From contig NC_057719.1 in NCBI RefSeq assembly GCF_004010195.1, positions 90,160,075-90,194,653 of the forward strand: DNA of 34,579 nt, read 5' to 3'. The notes beneath the pieces are model-generated. The model did not search any database and had not been told where the DNA came from. It was given only the letters and a program-made list of their open reading frames with translations. Below, in pieces: positions 22,976-34,130 of the stretch (the stretch's first letter is position 1; each line of letters opens with the position of its first letter). Origin of the DNA: Chiloscyllium plagiosum. Its lineage: Eukaryota. The position numbers were made by a program, and so were the translations under genes.

Positions 22976-23249
22976 TAAAACTTTTATTTTCCTACTTGTG
23001 CAAAACATTCATATAATCTGTTCCATAGTTCTTGCTAGTTTGCTCTTGTGTTCTAATTTCTCCCACTTTATCACTTCTTTTGGAATTTTTGGATGAATAT
23101 TAAAATTCCCCCAATACTTGAGTAACCACACCTTCCTTCATCACTTGATGCAAGCTCAACAGGTTCGTAGCCTTTCTTTCATTGTTGCTGTGTCAAACTT
23201 GTGACTTGACCACATTGCAACAGCACCTTCAGCACCTTCAGCACCCCCA

Positions 23250-23900
23250 CAACAAGAAGTTATCTTTATGTAGCACCTTCACATCGCAATTCATCCGGAG
23301 AACCACGCAAGACATTGGGGCTGGTGGCCACTCTTGGTTTAAGAGGGTGTCTTTAGGGAGTACTTGAAGGGAAGTATCCTGGAAAGGCTGAGGCAGATGA
23401 CGGCATATGTAGGCCCGATTGGAGATCCTGAGGATTTCCAGGCTATGGGGGAATGCAGCAATATGAGGGGTTATGTGAGGGGTTCAGAAACCAAGATGAG
23501 AATTTCAAAACTGATGCAAGGCAGGAAGCAGCATTTGGGAACACCAAGTCTAGAGAGAGGAAATGTTTGGGTGAGATCTTCAGCTGTCAGTGAGTGCATA
23601 CCTGTACATGAGAATAATGTTATGGAATTGGAAGCAAACTACTACATTGATGGGCTCAGAAACTGAATTTGAGATTAAATCATACACTAAAATTGGGAAG
23701 AGGTGAGAATCTGGTTCAGTCTCCTTTTGTGGCCAGGGAGAGAGACATAGTTGTTGGTGAGGAAATGGGGTTTGGAGTCAGGCCTGAACGGGCTTCGGTA
23801 TGCCCAACGTTTGGCTCAGAGAGATTTCACACATACTGCAGGCCAGTTGGAGGGTGGATGACAGGTACCAGCCTTGTCAGTGACAGCCAGATCACTGAAT
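23250..23900 (-). mobile_element. Old L2-like LINE 3' fragment
   Basis: Tail-like ctttatgtagcaccttcaca and aaaccaagatgagaatttcaaaa, the reverse of FEILILV. Confidence 0.5.
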
Positions 23901-24329
23901 GATTGTTTTACAAAAACATAAAGGTTTTCTTTGGGAACTCAAATCAGGCTAATGCAATATAGTCAGCCATGGTTTGACAAATCAGGTGCCTTTGCTGTTT
24001 TGTAGTTTGTTTGATTCTTTTCCCTCGGAGATACGACTCGATAAAGTAATTTTGGTGTTTTTCTGGTGAGCGAACCAGCCTCTGTCCACTACGTGGCCAC
24101 TCTGCAGCTCTCCTGCTCTCTAGCAGACTTTTCATGATTTGTGGGGAAGAGAGAAGCCAAGAGAAAAGCCCAAGGGCTATTGTGTCCCCTGTAGAGGCTG
24201 GACATACCCATGGCTGTTACTCAGCACTCTGCTCTTAACTAACTGAGCTGGCCAGGCCTACAACCTCCCACGTAACACTCTTCGTTAACATCAACTTGTC
24301 CAAACCCTGCTGCCAACTTCCTAACTGGC

Positions 24330-24755
24330 ACTAAGCCCCCTTCTACCTACCCTGTAATACACCTGGATTGGCTCCCAGTCCAGCAATGCCTTCACTTTAG
24401 AATTCTCAGCAATGAGTTGAAATCCCTCCACAGCCTCAGTCCTCCAGATCCCATGACAGGATTCCCAGACATCTGGTCTTTTCCATGTGTGCATTCCTGT
24501 ACCTCCCTCATTGTGAGTGATTGCCCCATTGGAGATGGTGTCTTCAGCTGCCTGGACCCTCAGCTCTGGAATTCCTTCCACCCCTCCACACCGTTGCTTC
24601 AAGACACTGTTTAATACCTAAACTTTCTTTGACAGGATCTTGGTGACTTCTTATAAAATCTCAATGACGCTGAGCACCAGATTTTATTTGATGACCCTCC
24701 TACGAAGCACTTTGGACCATGTTACCACATTGAAGGCATCAGATAAATAGCAACA
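24330..24755 (+). mobile_element. L2 LINE 3' end
   Basis: LDWLPVQQ.LHFRIL; KSLHSL; IGDGVFSCLDPQLWNSF; L2-type tail gaagcactttgg..gataaatagca. Confidence 0.75.
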
Positions 24756-24806
24756 GATCCATTACATCCTTTGCTGAAATTGTTGTTTCCTGTTGATTGC
24801 ATCTAG

Positions 24807-24922
24807 GCTTTAAGGAAGAGACGTCAGATTGATTACTGGGGACCCTGGGGAGAGTGGGGAGAGTGCAGCCGGACGTGTGGGATTGGAGTGACATTCCGAG
24901 ATCGTCACTGTTATTCTTATCG
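24807..24922 (+). CDS. PAPLN: Papilin coding exon (116 nt, phase 0 to phase 2): basic RKRR motif plus first half of TSP type-1 repeat
   Basis: Acceptor tttcctgttgattgcatctag, donor cg|gtgagt. Translates [38 protein letters not shown](R), matching the papilin N-terminal TSR as I recall it (RRQ..WGPW..W..CSRTCG.GV.FR.R.CYS.R). Phase fits the 31988 exon. Confidence 0.93.
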
Positions 24923-25179
24923 GTGAGTTATCTCTTATTTATTGGTTGCATGGCAGTGAGATGAAGGAATACACCTCCGTTGTTCAGATGCAAACAAGGG
25001 AAAAATAAAACTGTTCTTAGACAAGCAGAGCTCAAATGGCATTGCTCAAGCAGGGGAAAAAAAACATCCAATCACTTCCAGCGGACTGTTCAATGCTAAA
25101 TGCAATGAGAATGGACTACTCACTGTGATCGATCCCCATCAATGGGAATGGAATTGTTGATCACTCACTGTGATCGATC

Positions 25180-25262
25180 TCCAGGTTATAGTCCAACAGG
25201 TTTATTTGGAATTATAAGCTTTTGGAGCTCCTTTGTCAGGTTGCTTGTCATAACCTGGTGTA
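25180..25262 (-). mobile_element. Degenerate family B PLE fragment with a short inverted end
   Basis: ccaggttatagtccaacaggttttatttgg..gctcctttgtcagg..ataacctggtg. Confidence 0.65.
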
Positions 25263-25589
25263 GGGGCAATGCTTATGTGGACAACAAAGAGAAAGGGGGG
25301 AGGGTAGGGATTCAAATCAAAATGGCGTTGGAAACCCTGTATATCTATTCAGATTCCGAAAAATACCAAAGAACTAATATGAGGAATGATAAGGAGAAAT
25401 TAATTAACCAAGCTAACTGAAACAAGTTATCTACGTGTATTACAATGGTGATTGTGAAATTTTGCTGTGCAGGCTGTTGCAGTTTCTACATTGTGACTGT
25501 GACTATGTCTTCATCTGTGAGGCAGTTTGTGACATATGTGTATAATAGTCAATCTTCACATCTATTCAATGTCATTGGTATTAGACGAT

Positions 25590-25705
25590 GGAGTGCCGCA
25601 CTGTCAGAGGGTCAGTGCTGAGGGTGTGCTGCACTGTCAGAGGGTTACTACTAATGGATTACTGAACTGTCGAAAGATCAGTGCTGAGGGAGTGCCGCAC
25701 TGTCG
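25590..25705 (+). repeat. About 3.5 x 32-bp repeat related to the DeuSINE domain
   Basis: Unit ggagtgccgcactgtcagagggtcagtgctga, related to the Deu-domain start seen at 9540. Confidence 0.75.
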
Positions 25706-25967
25706 TAGAAAATAGGTACAGAAGTAGGCCATTCAGCCCTTTGAGCCTGCATCACCGTTCAATATGATCATGGCTGATCATGCCATTTTAATATCCCACT
25801 CCCACTTTATCTCCATACCCCCTGATCCTTTTAGCTGCAAGGGTCATGCCCAGCTCCTTCTTGAATATTTCTAATGAACTAGCTCCAACAATGTTCTGTG
25901 GTCGAGAATTCCACAGGTTCACAACTTGCGTGAGTGAAGGAATTCTTCCTCATCTCAGTTCTGAATG

Positions 25968-26103
25968 TGGAGTGGGGACTGGGGTGAACAAAGATCAAAA
26001 TCACCAGGTTACGATCAGCTACCTGACAAAGGAGCGTGGCTCTGAAAGCTTGTACTTCCAAATAAAGCTGTTGGACTATAACCTGGTGTTGTGTGATTTT
26101 TAA
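25968..26103 (+). mobile_element. Family B PLE fragment with inverted 5' arm and degenerate hammerhead
   Basis: cctgacaaAGGAGCgtgGCTCtgaaagctt..gttggactataacctggtgttgtgtgattt; TSD ctcagt(t/c)ctgaatg at 25954-25967 / 26104-26117. Confidence 0.78.
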
Positions 26104-27159
26104 CTCAGTCCTGAATGGCATTTGTATGTGCCAAGTATTTGCCCACTCAGCCAACCTAAGATCCCCTGCAGCCTCTTACCATCTCCCCACAGCACACTCT
26201 GCCTCTCAGCTTAGTGTCATCCGCAAATTTGGAGATATTTCATTCAATTCCTTCTCCCAAAACATTAGTATATATTGTAAACAGCTGGGATCCCAGTACT
26301 GAACCCTGTGGCACCCCACTCATCACAACCTGCCACTCTGAAAATGGCCTGTTCATTCCAACTCTCTGCTTCCTGTCTTCCAAACAGTTCTCTATCCACA
26401 TTGATACATTACCTCTGTTACCATGAGCTTTGTTTTTGCTTACTAATCCCTTGTGTGGAACCTTGTCAAAAGCCTTTTGAAGTCTAGATATGCAACATCT
26501 ACTGATTCACCATTGTCTACTCTGGTCACACCTTCAAAAAATTCCAGAAGATTTGTTAAGCATGATTTCCCTTTAGTGAATCCATGCTGATTTGGACCAA
26601 ATCTGTCACCGCTTTCCAAATGCTCAGTTATTATATCCTTGATAGATGGCTCCAGCATTTTCTCCACCACCCATGTCAAGCTAACCAGCTTATAATTCTT
26701 GGTTTTCTCTCTTCATCCTTTTTTTTAAAAATGTGGGGTTACATTACCTATCCTCCAGTCCATTAGAACCCTCCACTATTTCCAGGCCATGTCCTAGGAT
26801 GCACAGCATCAGGCCCTGGGGACTTCTCAGGTGTTAATCCCATCAATTTCACCAATACCATTTCCTGACTAAGGGAAATATGCGTGGAAAGTTCTTTGCA
26901 CAGAGGGTACTGGAATGCGTTGCCAGCAGAGGTGGTAAAGATGGGCACGATAGTGTCTTTAAGATGTATCCAGACAGATACATGAATGGGTAGGGAGCAA
27001 AGGGATACGGATCCTTAGAAAATAGGCTACAGGTTTAGATAGAGGATCTGGATTGTGTAGAATGAAGGAGGGCTGAAGGGCCTGTTCCTGTGCTGTAATT
27101 TGCTTTGTTGTTTGTTCTAACTGTAAGGGACCAATATTTGTCTTCACCAGTCTTTTCTG

Positions 27160-27370
27160 CAGTCAGTTCTACTATAATGCATTAAGTCTGTTCTCGTGCA
27201 TTTCCATGTGAAAAGAAAATCGCATAATAGCAGCACCATTTAAACTAACAGGGCCAGAATCATATAATAACAAAGACATGCTTTAAAACTTTGAGTTTAC
27301 AAACATTGTCCCCAAATCCTGTTATAGTGAATTTGAGTTAACGAAACATACGTTATGGCAGAACGAGCTG
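27160..27370. mobile_element. Tc1/mariner (pogo/Tigger-like) MITE
   Basis: Imperfect TIRs cagtcagttctactataatg / cgttatggcagaacgagctg, followed by TA; interrupts CR1 sequence. Confidence 0.6.
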
Positions 27371-27499
27371 TATCTATAGAAGCTTTTGCAGTCAGTTCTT
27401 ACATCTTCTGCAAGCTTACTTTCATATTCTATTTTCCTGTTCTGAATTAAACCTTTTGTTCTCCTCGGCTGAATCTTAAATTTTTCTTAATGTGCATGA

Positions 27500-27733
27500 G
27501 GTTTGCACAAAGTTCCCGTGTCTGCGTGGGTTTGCTCCAGTTTCCTCCCACAATCCAAAGATGTGCAGGTTAGGTGAATTAGCCGTGATAAGTTATCCAT
27601 AGTGTTAGGTGTGGTAGTCAGGAGTAAATATAGGGTAGGGGAATGGGTCTGGGTGGGTTACTCTTCAGAGGGTCGGTTTGGACTTGTTGGGCCGAAGGGC
27701 CTGTTTCCACACTGTAGGGAATCTAATCTAATC
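27500..27733 (+). mobile_element. HE1-type V-SINE, 5'-truncated
   Basis: gtgtctgcgtgggttt..ccaaagatgtgcaggttagg..cctgtttccacactgtagggaatctaatctaatc. Confidence 0.88.
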
Positions 27734-28577
27734 AATCTTTAAAAGTGTCACAGTGTTCGGACTCTCCCAGTGATCTCCGTACTGTTGTCTGTGTTTCCTA
27801 CAGCACTGATATATGTTCAGGTGAGTGCTTTATCAGGTATAAAGTGCTCTGAGGCTGCGAAATTCACTTTGTAAGACAGTATCTTCTTTCTTCTTAACTC
27901 TACCTATCCTTTCATGGAAGGAGCACTACTTGACATGCAAAATGGAAAATGGAGGAAGCGAGGAGGTTCAGATGAATACATCCTGGCCTCCTCCAGCTGC
28001 AGACTTGTCCCTGTTCTACATCCTATACTTTCAACTTGAAATATCTTGTTTACCATGTGAAAATAAACAAATGCCTCAAGTTCAAGGACAGGAAAAAGAA
28101 CTTCAGATGTTGAAATTGCAGTCAAGCCCCTTCATTTTAATAGTGTTGTTAACTCAAGTATTGCTTATATAAACAGCTATTTCCTGTACTCTCTTCCATG
28201 CTGCTGTGTTCCACAATTAGGAGGCACCCAGTAGATACAAAAGAAAAGTTGCTTTTCAAAGCAAGAATTGTTCAAACACAGCCTGCAGTCAGTGCATGCA
28301 GCGAACTGAATCTTCAATGGATTCAATGTTCTCTCCGAAATGGTGTTCGTGTCAGAACCTGCCAGTGTTCTTAACTTTCCCAAGGAAGGTCGACAGAGCA
28401 GATTTAATTTGGTCTGTTTTCCTTTTGAAATGCTGCCTTTTTATTATCACTAACGTCAGCCCCTTTCTCGCCAGTCCTGATGGGAAGTATTGACTGCACT
28501 CGTGGTGTTGGACATGCAGGACCCTGTAAGGGTCACTTCAGAGTGAGCTAAGAGTTGCTGATGCTCACTGGGTTCTG

Positions 28578-28690
28578 GAGCTCTTGTGGTGCAGTGGTAA
28601 TGCCCCTACCTCTGAGCCAGGAGGCCTAGGTTCAAGTGCCATCTACTCCAGAGGTGTGTCATAATGTCTCTGAGCAGGTTGATTTGTTAG
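28578..28690 (+). mobile_element. Short tRNA-derived SINE head
   Basis: A box tggtgcagtgg, B box ggttcaagtgc, tRNA-like spacing. Confidence 0.55.
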
Positions 28691-29874
28691 AAAATGGAAA
28701 AAGAATAGAGTTCTTAGAGGTAAGCAACCCAGCGATTGGAGTACATTATTTCCCCAAGAAGTGAGCAATGATTGGCTGGTTTGCGTGCATTAAAAGCATT
28801 AACATCTCACTATTGTGTTATTCCACCTCAATATGCAGTTTACCCTCCCCTCTGGCTAGAAACCAGGCAGTAATAATTCCCTGTGGTACCCAGTGACTGT
28901 AGCTCAATGCTTGCTTCTCTGTGCTTCCACTTTGGAATCAAGACTCCCAGAACCCAGGTCGTGCACCCACCGTGTCGCCCCATTACCTCAAGGTCCACGT
29001 CAGTAATTCGGGTTATCCATTTCTCTCTGTCCCAGATTCTGGGGCAATTGACAGGAACGCTGTGGGGCAGCTATGGACAGCCAGTGCATGACTGAATGCT
29101 GGGCTGAGTTTCAAATATGGTTACGGCAAGAGGAAATCTGGCAGGTCCCTAATGTCCAGTACGTCTACCTATGGAGAGTGGGAGAACGTGAAGAATGTAG
29201 GGCGTAGATACTGAGGCAAGTTTGGAAGGACAACGTGAGAAAACTCTCTAGTGCTCAGCGAGAAACACACAGCAGAAAACTTGCCAAAATTCATCGACAG
29301 TTCTTGATAAAATCCAGTTCTGCATCAAATTCCCAAAGGTGCTCAAACCACTCGCTTCTGTCATTATACTTAACAGATCGCTTAGTAAATCATCAGGGAA
29401 ATGCAGCAGTTTGTGAATGTCTCCACATTGTCTTGAATTTAATGTGAGTTCTGTCCCTCCTACTCAGTAACACTCACTTTTACCAACTGTTCAAACTGCT
29501 TCATCAGTGGCTCATGAGAATTGCTGTCCTGATAAGACGGAAGGGCTACAGGTTTCCGCTCGTATAACTTGCACGGGATTTCATCCTCCTGCAGAGCTTG
29601 GTTGAATTTTCAGATCTTTTGCAAACTGGCATCAATGTTAAATGCACCTGTACCCAGGGGGGTAGTACTGAGCCCCTCCCCAAGCCGGGTTCAGAAGTGG
29701 AATGGGTATTTCTTTGGGCTGGGGGTTTTTCAGCAAGGGATCCACTGTCTTCTCACCTCTAAGATTGGGCGGGCAGTACCCATGGTGGACCTTCCTGTAC
29801 CTCCCAAACTGCTGATTCTCAGAGTTACAGAATTGTTACTGACCAGAGGAGGCCATTCGGCCCCTCGTGTGCAC

Positions 29875-30150
29875 CCATTGAAGCCTAGAAGGACAGATAA
29901 GTGGGAACCCCACCATCAGCAAGATCCTCTCCAAGCCACTCACCATCTTGACCTGGAAGTACATTGCTGTTCCTTTACTGTTCACTGGGTCAAAATCCTG
30001 GAATTCCCTCCCTAACAGCATTGTGGGTCTACCTACAGCACACGGACTGCAGTGGTTCAAGAAGACAGCTCACCACTCCTTTCTCATGGGGCAACTAGTA
30101 AGGAGAATACATGCTGACTTAGTCAGGGACACCTACATCTCACGACTGAA
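29875..30150 (+). mobile_element. 3' end of the 11135-family LINE
   Basis: FTGSKSWNSLPNSIVGLPTAHGLQWFKKTAHH. Confidence 0.7.
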
Positions 30151-30789
30151 GGAAAAGAAGATTCTGCCCAACTTCGGGTTTTCCAGTGCTTCCTGTGTTT
30201 TTTCAGATTTCCAGCATTTAGCATTTATTTTGAAATTTTCACTTATTGGCACTTTTAAATTGCTAATCCTTATAAGTTCCCAAACTTCTAGATTCAAGGG
30301 CTGGAAGGATAGGATCTGGCTTTAAACAGCAAAACAGCAGCATTCAGGGTATGGTTCTAGATGGTTTGTCGTATTTAGGACCTGGTGAGCTGTCTGATAA
30401 CCATAATGACAACACCACTCTATCCTTCCTGAAGAAATGTGAAGCAGGAGTTGCTGTTAGACATGTTCACACAGTCCGGTTCTTCATGTCTAGCCAAACC
30501 ATTAAGTGCTGAGCTATGAGTAATCGCTGCTTTCGTGAATTTATGTCTCAGTCAAGGTTGTGAGAACATGTTTAATAAAGGCAGAATTGGACGAAAGAAT
30601 TAGAAAACATTACATCGTGTTACAAAGTATTTCATACAGAAGCGGAAACATTCTGCCTTCCAGCTCCCTGATAGTGACATGAACCTCCTCCCAAACTCGT
30701 TCATCCTTCTGTTCCTCAGATTGGTGGGCCTTCTACTCATGTCCATCTCTGCTATTGACCCCCTCACAACAACTACTCCTTGTGTTTCT

Positions 30790-31190
30790 TTACTTCATTC
30801 GTGGGATGTGGGTGTCGCTGGCTGGGCCCAGCATTTATAGCCCATCCCAGGTTGCTGTTGAGGAGGTGGTGATGAGCTGCCTTCTGGAATACCTGCAATC
30901 CATGTGGTGGAGGTTGATGCTCCCACCCAATGCCCTTAGGGAGGGAATTCCAGGATTTTGAGCCAACAATACTTAAGGAACGGCAATATATTTCTAACTT
31001 AGGAACGGTGAGTGGCTTGGAGGGAAACGTGCAGGTGCTGGTGTTCCCGTGTATCTGCTGCCCCTATCCTTCCAGATGGAAGTGTTTGTGGGTTTGGAAG
31101 GTGCTGTCTGAGGATCTCTGCTGAATTTCTACAGTGCATCTTTAAATAGTACACACTGCTGCTACTGAGTGTTGGTGATGGAGGGAGGGT
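30790..31190 (-). mobile_element. 3' end of the 11135-family LINE
   Basis: KMHCRNSAEILRQHLPNP..EHQHL; tail ttcattcgtgggatgtgggtgtcgctgg. Confidence 0.72.
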
Positions 31191-31195
31191 GATGA

Positions 31196-31473
31196 GCACG
31201 GTGGCTCAGTGGTTAGCACTGCAGCCTCACAGCACCAGGGTCCCAGGTTTGATTCCAGCCTCGGGCGACTGTGTGGCGTTTCCACATTCTCCCCGTGTGT
31301 GCATGGATTTTCTCCCACAGTCCTGAGCTGTGCAGGTCAGGGTGAATTGGCCATGCTAAATTGCCCATAGTGTTAGGTGCATTAGTCAGAGGGAAATGGG
31401 TTACTCCTCAGAGGGTCAGTGTGGACTGGTTGGGCCGATGGGCCTGTTTCCACACTGTAGGGAATCTAATCTC
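31196..31473 (+). mobile_element. HE1-type V-SINE
   Basis: gcacggtggctcagtggttagcact..ggtttgattcc..cctgtttccacactgtagggaatctaatct. Confidence 0.9.
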
Positions 31474-31514
31474 AAAAAAAAAACTAAGGCTGTAATGAGG
31501 TCAGGAGCCGAGTA

Positions 31515-31930
31515 ACCCAGAACCCTGGATAGACTGAGACGTTTCTCCTTGGAGCATCAAAGGCTGCGGGGTGACCTCATAGAGGTTTATAAAATCATGA
31601 GGGGCATGGATAACATTAATAGCCAAGATCTGTTTTCCCATGGCAGGGAAGTCCGAAACGAGAGGATATTAGTTTTAGATGAGAGGGGAAAGATTTAAAA
31701 GGGACCCGAGGGGCAGAGAGTGGTACGTGTATGGAACAAGCTGCCAGAGGAAGTAGTGACAGTGGGTATGGTTACATTTAAAAGCCATTTGGATAGGTAC
31801 ATGGCTAGGAAAGATTTAGAGGGATATGGGCCAAATGCAGGCAAATGGGGCTAGTTCAGTTTGGACAACATGGTCAGATCAGTTGGACCGAAGGTTCTCT
31901 TTCCATGCTGTATTACTCTGTGACTCTCTG
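31515..31930 (+). mobile_element. CR1 3' end, finishing about 60 nt upstream of the PAPLN acceptor
   Basis: SLEHQRLRGDLIEVYKIMRGMD; WNKLP; tail tactctgtgactct. Confidence 0.85.
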
Positions 31931-31987
31931 GATTTCGGTTCCACATCAAACCTTGTCTGTTTTTGACCCTGACTTTTCCTGATCCAG

Positions 31988-32048
31988 GAGGGACGGAGGA
32001 AGCAGTTGCATCGGCCCTTTCCGAAGTTACCGTTCTTGCAACATTCAG
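31988..32048 (+). CDS. PAPLN: Papilin coding exon (61 nt, phase 2 to phase 0): second half of first TSP type-1 repeat
   Basis: Acceptor gacttttcctgatccag, donor cag|gtactg. CG+G completes Arg, then RDGGSSCIGPFRSYRSCNIQ, matching papilin RDGGSSCVGP.RS.RSC. In frame with the 24807-24922 exon. Confidence 0.93.
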
Positions 32049-32289
32049 GTACTGTGTGACTCTCCCTTGTGTGGACGGGGCCCGTGGGGTATGGGTGGGC
32101 TTCCTGGTAACACTGGGACGGCTAATATCTACAGTCCAGGCCTAGACCCAATTAGTCTGGAGATTGAGTTGATTCTAAGAGTCAGTAAGGGATGCTGCCA
32201 TTAGATATTGCAATGTCTCCCTAATGGAGACAGAATGGGAAAAGTGACCAGTCCGTCTGTTTCTCAATTTTGAGGCCAGTTGCATGTGG

Positions 32290-32610
32290 TGGCCTGTGGG
32301 ATAAGATCACTGGATTAGTCATCCCTAACCATGGTTCATGTTCAGGAACCAGGGATTCAAATCCCACCACGTGAAATTTAGATTTGGGATAAAATTCTGG
32401 AATAGAGGGCTGCTCTAGAGTAAAAACCCTGCCTGGTTCAACAATGCCCTATTTGAGAGTTGGAGATGTTGGAATCTGCTGTCCTTCCCTGGTCTCACCT
32501 ACACGTGACTCCAGACCCACAACAATATTAAGGCCCTCTGAAATGGCTCAGATGAGGGCTATTAGGGATGAGAAGGAATGCAAGGCAGCAAGATCCTCAT
32601 CTATGCACTG
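32290..32610 (+). mobile_element. SINE of the 11793 family
   Basis: gattcaaatcccacc, cacgtgactccagacccac, attagggatg. Confidence 0.65.
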
Positions 32611-32684
32611 GAATTACATGTGTGTATGTGTGTAAGTCAGAACTGACCGGATTGTGAGAGTCCTCCTGCAGTTCGACAAGGTAA

Positions 32685-33400
32685 ACAGATAGAACATAGA
32701 ACATTCCAGCGCAGTACAGGCCCTTCGGCCCTTGATGTTGCACCGCCCTGTAGAACCAATCTGAAGCCCATCTAACCTACACTATTCCATTCTATTCCAT
32801 ATGGCTATCCAATGACCATTTAAATGCCCTTAAAGTTGGTGAGTCTACAACTGCTACAGGCAATGCGTTCCACGTTCCTACTACTCTCTGAGTAAAGAAA
32901 CTACCTCTAACATCCGTCCTATATCTGTCACCCCTCAATTTAAAGCTATGTCCCCGCGTTTTAGCCATCACCATCTGAGGAAAATGTCTCTCACTGCCCA
33001 CCCTATCTAACCCTCTGATTATCTTATATCTCAGTTAAGTCACCTCTCAACCTTCTCTCGAACAAAAACAGCCTCAAGTCCCTCAACCTTTCCTCGTAAG
33101 AACCCCCCCACCTCCCCACCCCTCTCATACCAGGCAACATCCTGGTAAATCTCCCCTGAACCCTTTCCAAAGCTTCCACATCCTTCCAATAATGGGGTGA
33201 CCAGAACTATACTCAATAATCCAAGGGCAGCCGCACCAGAGTTTTGTACAGCTGCAACATGACCTCATGGCTCCGAAACTCAATCCCTCTATTAATAAAA
33301 GCTAACAGACCATACACCTTCTTAACAACCCTATCAACCTGGCAACTTTCAGAGATCTCTGTACATGGACACTGAGATCTCACTGTTCGTCTACACTTCC
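32685..33400 (-). mobile_element. CR1 3' end, relatively well preserved
   Basis: KTRGHSFKLRG..FFTQRVVGTWNALP..FKWSLDSHM; (agaacat)n tail. Confidence 0.9.
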
Positions 33401-33744
33401 ATATGTTGTCATATCTTGAAGCTGCATTGCCATATTCCCCTGAACAAGGGAAAAAAAGAGTAGGGATTATTGGAATTTAAAAGGGGGAATTTAAAAGTGT
33501 TCTGTTCACTGTCTGAAGCCATTGGACAGGGCTTTGGATTCAGGCATGGTCTGTAGTTTTGAAATTACTCCCTGTGCTGATGGTGCCAGTTGGGTTGATT
33601 GTAAAATTCGAGCTAGCATAGAGGTAATGGGCCAAAGTACTGACATTGCATCCCTCACCTCTCCACGCTACCACGTTCCTGTTCTGTCATTCCTAAAATT
33701 CCACCAGCTTGACCAAGCCCAGGGGAGACCAGTTTAAGCTTTTT

Positions 33745-33975
33745 TCCTTTATTCTGGGCTGAGGGCAACCCCAGCTAGGCCAGTGTTAATTGCCCATTCT
33801 GAATTAGTGCAGAGGGCATTAAGAGTGAGCCACATTACTGTGGGTCTGGAGTCTTGTGTCGGCCAAACTAGATAAAGATGGCTGTTTCCTTCCGCAAAGG
33901 ACATTAATGAACCAGATGGGTTTTTCCTGGCAATGAACAATGGATTCATGGTCATCATGAGACTTCTAAGTCCAG
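33745..33975 (-). mobile_element. 3' half of the 11793-family SINE
   Basis: ttaagagtgagccacattactgtgggtctggagtc..aaaggacattaatgaaccagatggg. Confidence 0.7.
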
Positions 33976-34130
33976 ACTGAGGACCCTAGATTGGATGGTC
34001 AATCAGAGTCCAGTAGCTAGTCCTTATTCACAGGCACCATGTGGTACCCCCCCCCCATTCCCGGTACTCAAACTGAGGAGAGACCTGGGTCAGAGGCGAG
34101 CCAAGGAACATAGGGGTCATCAGGAAGGAC

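Larger units (their letters stand above)
25705..27480 (-). mobile_element. CR1 RT fragment with nested PLE, + strand CR1 tail (26880-27120) and MITE
   Basis: NQHGFTKGKSCLTNLLEFFE.V..VDVAYLDF; KSPGPD..HPR; GVPQGSVLG reversed at ~26290-26320. Confidence 0.88.

Noticed and set aside
28578..28650. tRNA gene calls for A/B-box heads (also 4471, 11793, 31196)
   Set aside because: They continue into SINE bodies or lack a full cloverleaf.
29569..30325. 148-aa and 125-aa ORFs
   Set aside because: Partly LINE 3'-end sequence; the rest has no recognisable domain.
31963..32145. 60-aa ORF overlapping the PAPLN exon
   Set aside because: Wrong frame; the phase-2 spliced frame gives the papilin peptide.
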